Assembly (NCBI RefSeq): GCF_009914755.1
Contig: NC_060932.1
Direction: 5' to 3' (one strand)
Origin: the human T2T-CHM13v2.0 reference genome, Homo sapiens
DNA length: 64,000 nt
The notes beneath the pieces are model-generated. The model was not told the origin of the DNA. It saw only the letters and a program-made list of their open reading frames with translations, and made no database searches. Positions within the stretch are counted from its first letter, which is position 1; each line of letters starts with the position of its first letter. The position numbers were made by a program, and so were the translations under genes. Shown one piece after another: positions 57,880 to 64,000 of the stretch.

Positions 57880-58310
57880 CCACTTCCCACTGCAGCCTGG
57901 GGTCCGACACTTGTAAGCAGTTCTGGGGCCCCCTTCCCAGCCTGGCCTGCGCTTCTAGGCCTTGCCAAAGGCGAAAGCGGAAAGGCGGCCTCCTCTCCTG
58001 CAGGGCTCTTTACTTACGTGGGCCCGCGGAGGTCAGCCGGCCCAGGCCTGAGAGGATCAGCAAGAGAGACAGCATTGCGTAGCCGGCGGCCCAGCCACAG
58101 GGATGGCCGTTGTCCTTGGAACGGCTGCAGCTCGAGGCCAGGGTGGTGGAGGCCGAGCGGAGCGGAAGGGCCGTGGGGTCCGCGGGGCGCGGCGGGGACC
58201 CAGCTCCGTGGATCCCGAGGCGGGTGGATCCTACAGCCCCGCGCGCCCACCCACAGTGGGCTGCACCGGAGGAGGCACGTGGGAGCCTGCATTTCTGGGT
58301 ACGTGGGCTC
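57880..58310 (-). promoter_or_regulatory. CpG-rich promoter/first-exon island
   Basis: Short GC- and CpG-dense non-repeat stretch in AT-rich DNA around the ATG. GC-box-like runs near 58185-58227, E-box CACGTG at 58276-58281, no TATA box seen. Confidence 0.8.
58018..58075 (-). pseudogene. ADAM3A: Exon 1 coding part, signal peptide MLSLLLILSGLGRLTSAGP (58 nt)
   Basis: ATG at 58075; donor GTAAGT at 58017-58012; ends in phase 1. Confidence 0.9.
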
Positions 58311-58929
58311 TTTTTTCTAAAGAGTTGACATTTACAACGCATTCAGGGGTAACATAGGGTTATAAAGCACATTTCTACTCTAGACCTTTTGCTGATGAAG
58401 CCTTGGCAATATGATTGTTCAACATCATAGCCTTCTGGGAAGACAGTTGAATTACTGTAGTGAAGGAAAACAGAAAAAAAAAAAATAAGAATCATAGTAT
58501 GTTTAGCAGCAGCCAATTGCCAATTTTAGTAATATCTACTTCTAGTTTTCTGCTCTTAAGACTCAGGTGAAAACACAAACAGATACTAAAAACTAAAAAA
58601 TCAATTTCTTAGAAAACTGTCTAAGGAGTTTAAGTAAAATGCGAAATATGGATATATGGATGTATTTTATTATTTTAGTACGATTTATAAGTATCAGGCA
58701 AAAAAATCACACCTATAAAATTACTTCATAAAAACAATCAAAATCCATTTATTTATTGACTTTTCCACACTTTTGTTTCTTAGAAAAGCTTTATGGCTTA
58801 GGGAGACTTAATGAAAAGCCAGACATATTTTCCCCCATCAATATGGAGTTCACACAAGGAATGATAATATAGTTAGTTGGAAATAATTTTATTTTATCTC
58901 TTACTGTATAAGTAGGTGGTTTGCCTAAT

Positions 58930-59580
58930 TTCAATTTTTTTTCAATTTATTATTTATTGTAACATTTGTATTGTAGTAAAATACACAATATAAAAATTAT
59001 GATCTTAATGCTTTTTAAGCCTACTTTTCAGTGGAATTAAATACATCCATATTGCTGGGCAACCATCACTATCATTCACCTCCAAAACTTTGGATTTCAC
59101 CAATTTTTACATAAACTGACTTGTTTGTGATTTCGTGTATTGATTTGTGTACCCAATACAAAAATTGACATACATATTGACATACAGAACTATTTCATGA
59201 CCACAAGGAACCTATATACTACGGCTATAGAGTATACTGACCTACCTTACTCGTAATTCCTAGTCACTGGCAAACACTAATCCAGTCTCCACAATCCATC
59301 TCCATAATATTATTTTTGATACTATATATAAGAAGCATTATATAGTATCTCTTGAAATTTGTTTTTTCACTCATATCATTCCCTTGAGATACATCAAATT
59401 TTTTTCTTGTATTAATAATTCATTTTGTTACTTCTGAGTAGTATACATAATACAAATGTTCCACAGGTTATTTAACCATTCATCCATCAAACAATATTTG
59501 GGTAGTTTCCAGTTTTTAAATTTGCAAAAAACATTGCTATGAATGTTCATGTACAAGTTTTTATATATAAATCAAATTAT
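58930..59580 (-). mobile_element. Old L1M 3' fragments
   Basis: tgtagtaaaatacacaatataaaa and tttaaccattcatcc...agtttccagtttt. Confidence 0.6.
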
Positions 59581-59619
59581 ACATTAGTTAGACTAAGTGA
59601 GAAAACAGTAGACTGAAAT

Positions 59620-62920
<3,301 letters not shown>

Positions 62921-63026
62921 ACAAACACCCAATCTGTAATGTGAAAGTCACTTTTAAGGAAGTAGAGAAAAAAGTAAATTAAGAAAGCAATGATACAAAA
63001 CCAATGGGAAAGAAAATCTAATGACA

Positions 63027-63455
63027 TGTGATGGTTAATTTCATGTGTCAATTTTGGTAGGCCATGTTGCTCAGATATTTGGTCAAACATTATTCTTGGT
63101 GTTTCTATGAGAGTGCTTTAAATGTGGTTCACGCTGGCGGACTTTGAGTAAAGTGGATTGTCCTCCATAATGTGGGTTGGCCTCATCCCATCTGTTGAAT
63201 ACTGGAGAGAATGAAAAGACTGACCTTCCTCCAACAGGAACTTCAGCATCAGGTCCTTTTGCGTTTTCAGCCTGATAGCCTCTGGACCTCAATTGTAGCA
63301 TCAACTCTTCCTCTCTCCATCCTGCTGGCCAACTCTGCTGATTTTGAACACGTCAGCCTCTGTAATCATATAAGCCAATTCCTTATGATAGACAGCTTTC
63401 TATTTATATAAACCTCCTATTGATTCTGTTTCTCTGGAGAACCCTGACTAATATA
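63027..63455 (+). mobile_element. MLT2 (ERVL) solo LTR
   Basis: tgtgatggttaatttcatgtgtcaa...ttctgtttctctggagaaccctgactaata. Confidence 0.85.
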
Positions 63456-64000
63456 GTAAGAAAAACTAACAATGGCAGTTCAAGATAAGTGAAATTATCA
63501 TGAATAAAGTAGCATGAAAACTATTCCAAGTTATTAAAGAATAGAAGTTTATTGAAATAAAGGTGCCCTGAATGAGAAAAAAAATTTCAAGAAACTCTGA
63601 TAAAAACTTATATCACTGAGGTATAATGAAATTAATATATTGGACTTTGTAATTAAATAATGAAAAATCCTATGGGCATCTTGGCCACAAAGAAAGTCAA
63701 TAATGAGGTTAGGAAAACTGACTCGTGTTGGGCTTTGACAAAATGGAGTGCTTACAAGTGAGTCAAATAATTTCTATGAACTTAGTAGAGGACATACAGT
63801 ATCTCAACAATGTTTTACACAGTCAAATTCACATTGTAGTATAAACATTCTCACTTTTTCAAGAATTCTAAGACTGCAATATCTATGGAACTTTGTGGCA
63901 ATGTTACTTAAATCAATACAGCCAAACAGGAACCGAAATACACAATTTAACAGATACATGTAGAAAATCGGTGGGATCATAACGATAGTTCCAGAAAAAA

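Noticed and set aside
57628-58357. Many 60-160 aa ORFs around the promoter
   Set aside because: Artefacts of the (CA)n run and GC-rich DNA; only the 58-nt signal-peptide exon is supported.

Overview
Primate (most likely human) genomic DNA, AT-rich and repeat-dense. The main feature is a minus-strand multi-exon sperm ADAM gene that I read as the ADAM3A (cyritestin/tMDC I) pseudogene. I reconstructed 18 exons by hand, from the ATG at 58075 in a CpG-rich promoter down to the EGF-like exon at 1108-1222; the transmembrane and tail exons must lie left of the window. All 17 introns are GT-AG. Only two ORF-killing lesions are visible in 1995 nt of spliced coding sequence: a 1-nt deletion in exon 3 and a TGA at the start of exon 12. 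Intron 12 holds a nested insertion: a ~10 kb two-LTR class I (MER39/MER34-like) provirus with gag, pro, pol and env remnants, sitting in a MaLR internal sequence and itself hit by an Alu and an L1. The rest is L1, Alu, solo LTRs and simple repeats. I found no convincing new biological system. The best leads are possible splice routes around both lesions, the old full-structure provirus and a promoter palindrome. Gene and repeat subfamily names come from recalled sequences, not from a database search.
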